From Ginglymostoma cirratum (lineage: Eukaryota), in contig JAHRHZ010000022.1 in assembly GCA_024137785.1 (NCBI GenBank), positions 26,194,792-26,258,760 on the forward strand: a DNA stretch of 63,969 bases, in the 5' to 3' direction. The translations under genes were made by a program, and so were the position numbers. How positions within the stretch are numbered: position 1 is the stretch's first letter; each line of letters opens with the position of its first letter. Under the pieces are notes generated by a model that made no database searches, was not told the origin of the DNA, and was given only the letters and a program-made list of their open reading frames with translations. Of the stretch, positions 63,733-63,969 are shown piece after piece.

Positions 63733-63852
63733 GAGCTAAATAACCGCCTGGCTGCGGAATTTGCAAGGTTAAGGGCACTAGTTACCGAGGAGGGGAAAGG
63801 AGAGGATGCTGGCTCACCCCTCTCACTAGGGAAAGATGTCTATGAACTGGAG
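63733..63852 (+). CDS. MPRIP: MPRIP-family exon (phase 0/0); the gene continues beyond the window
   Basis: Acceptor atttttacag and donor gtaagt. Translates ELNNRLAAEFARLRALVTEEGKGEDAGSPLSLGKDVYELE. Confidence 0.95.
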
Positions 63853-63892
63853 GTAAGTCAGGGTTGTAAGTACCATCTCCTCTTGACTACGA

Positions 63893-63969
63893 GATAACAA
63901 GCATGGGGCTGGATGAACACAGTAGGTCAAGCAGCATCATAGGAGCAGGAAAACTTGACGTTTCGGGCC
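63893..63969. mobile_element. Penelope-derived element, truncated by the window end
   Basis: Nearly identical to 29521-29597; ends gacgtttcgggcc, which is GGCCCGAAACGTC on the minus strand. Confidence 0.8.

Noticed and set aside
1-63969. CRISPR array, operon or prokaryotic defence system
   Set aside because: The window is vertebrate exon-intron DNA with no regularly spaced repeat-spacer array; the many short ORFs are repeat fragments or chance frames.

Overview
Eukaryotic genomic DNA, almost certainly from a cartilaginous fish (it carries HE1-type SINEs and their partner CR1/HER1-type LINE tails). From about 26.4 kb to the window end, the + strand carries 13 canonical GT-AG coding exons of an MPRIP-family gene (myosin phosphatase Rho-interacting protein). 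They encode the second PH domain and the C-terminal coiled coil. The gene is incomplete at both ends, and it may be a divergent MPRIP paralogue rather than the 1:1 orthologue. It includes a 3846-nt phase-0/0 giant coiled-coil cassette exon (55377-59222) and a candidate 39-nt cassette exon (41707-41745). The rest is mostly transposon-derived. The main non-genic signals are: (1) a decayed 5.25-kb two-LTR endogenous retrovirus (3776-9025) with a tRNA-Asn-like PBS and an env laid out like a paramyxo/pneumovirus F protein, i.e. lokiretrovirus-like; (2) a LINE whose tRNA-derived head runs straight into the APE endonuclease with no ORF1, plus SINEs made of the same head and tail; (3) short Penelope-derived, often palindromic, elements carrying hammerhead-ribozyme remnants. 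Gypsy and Harbinger remnants, CR1 LINEs and a 10-N assembly gap next to a CpG cluster are also present. All family assignments come from manual translation and recalled motifs; no database search was run.
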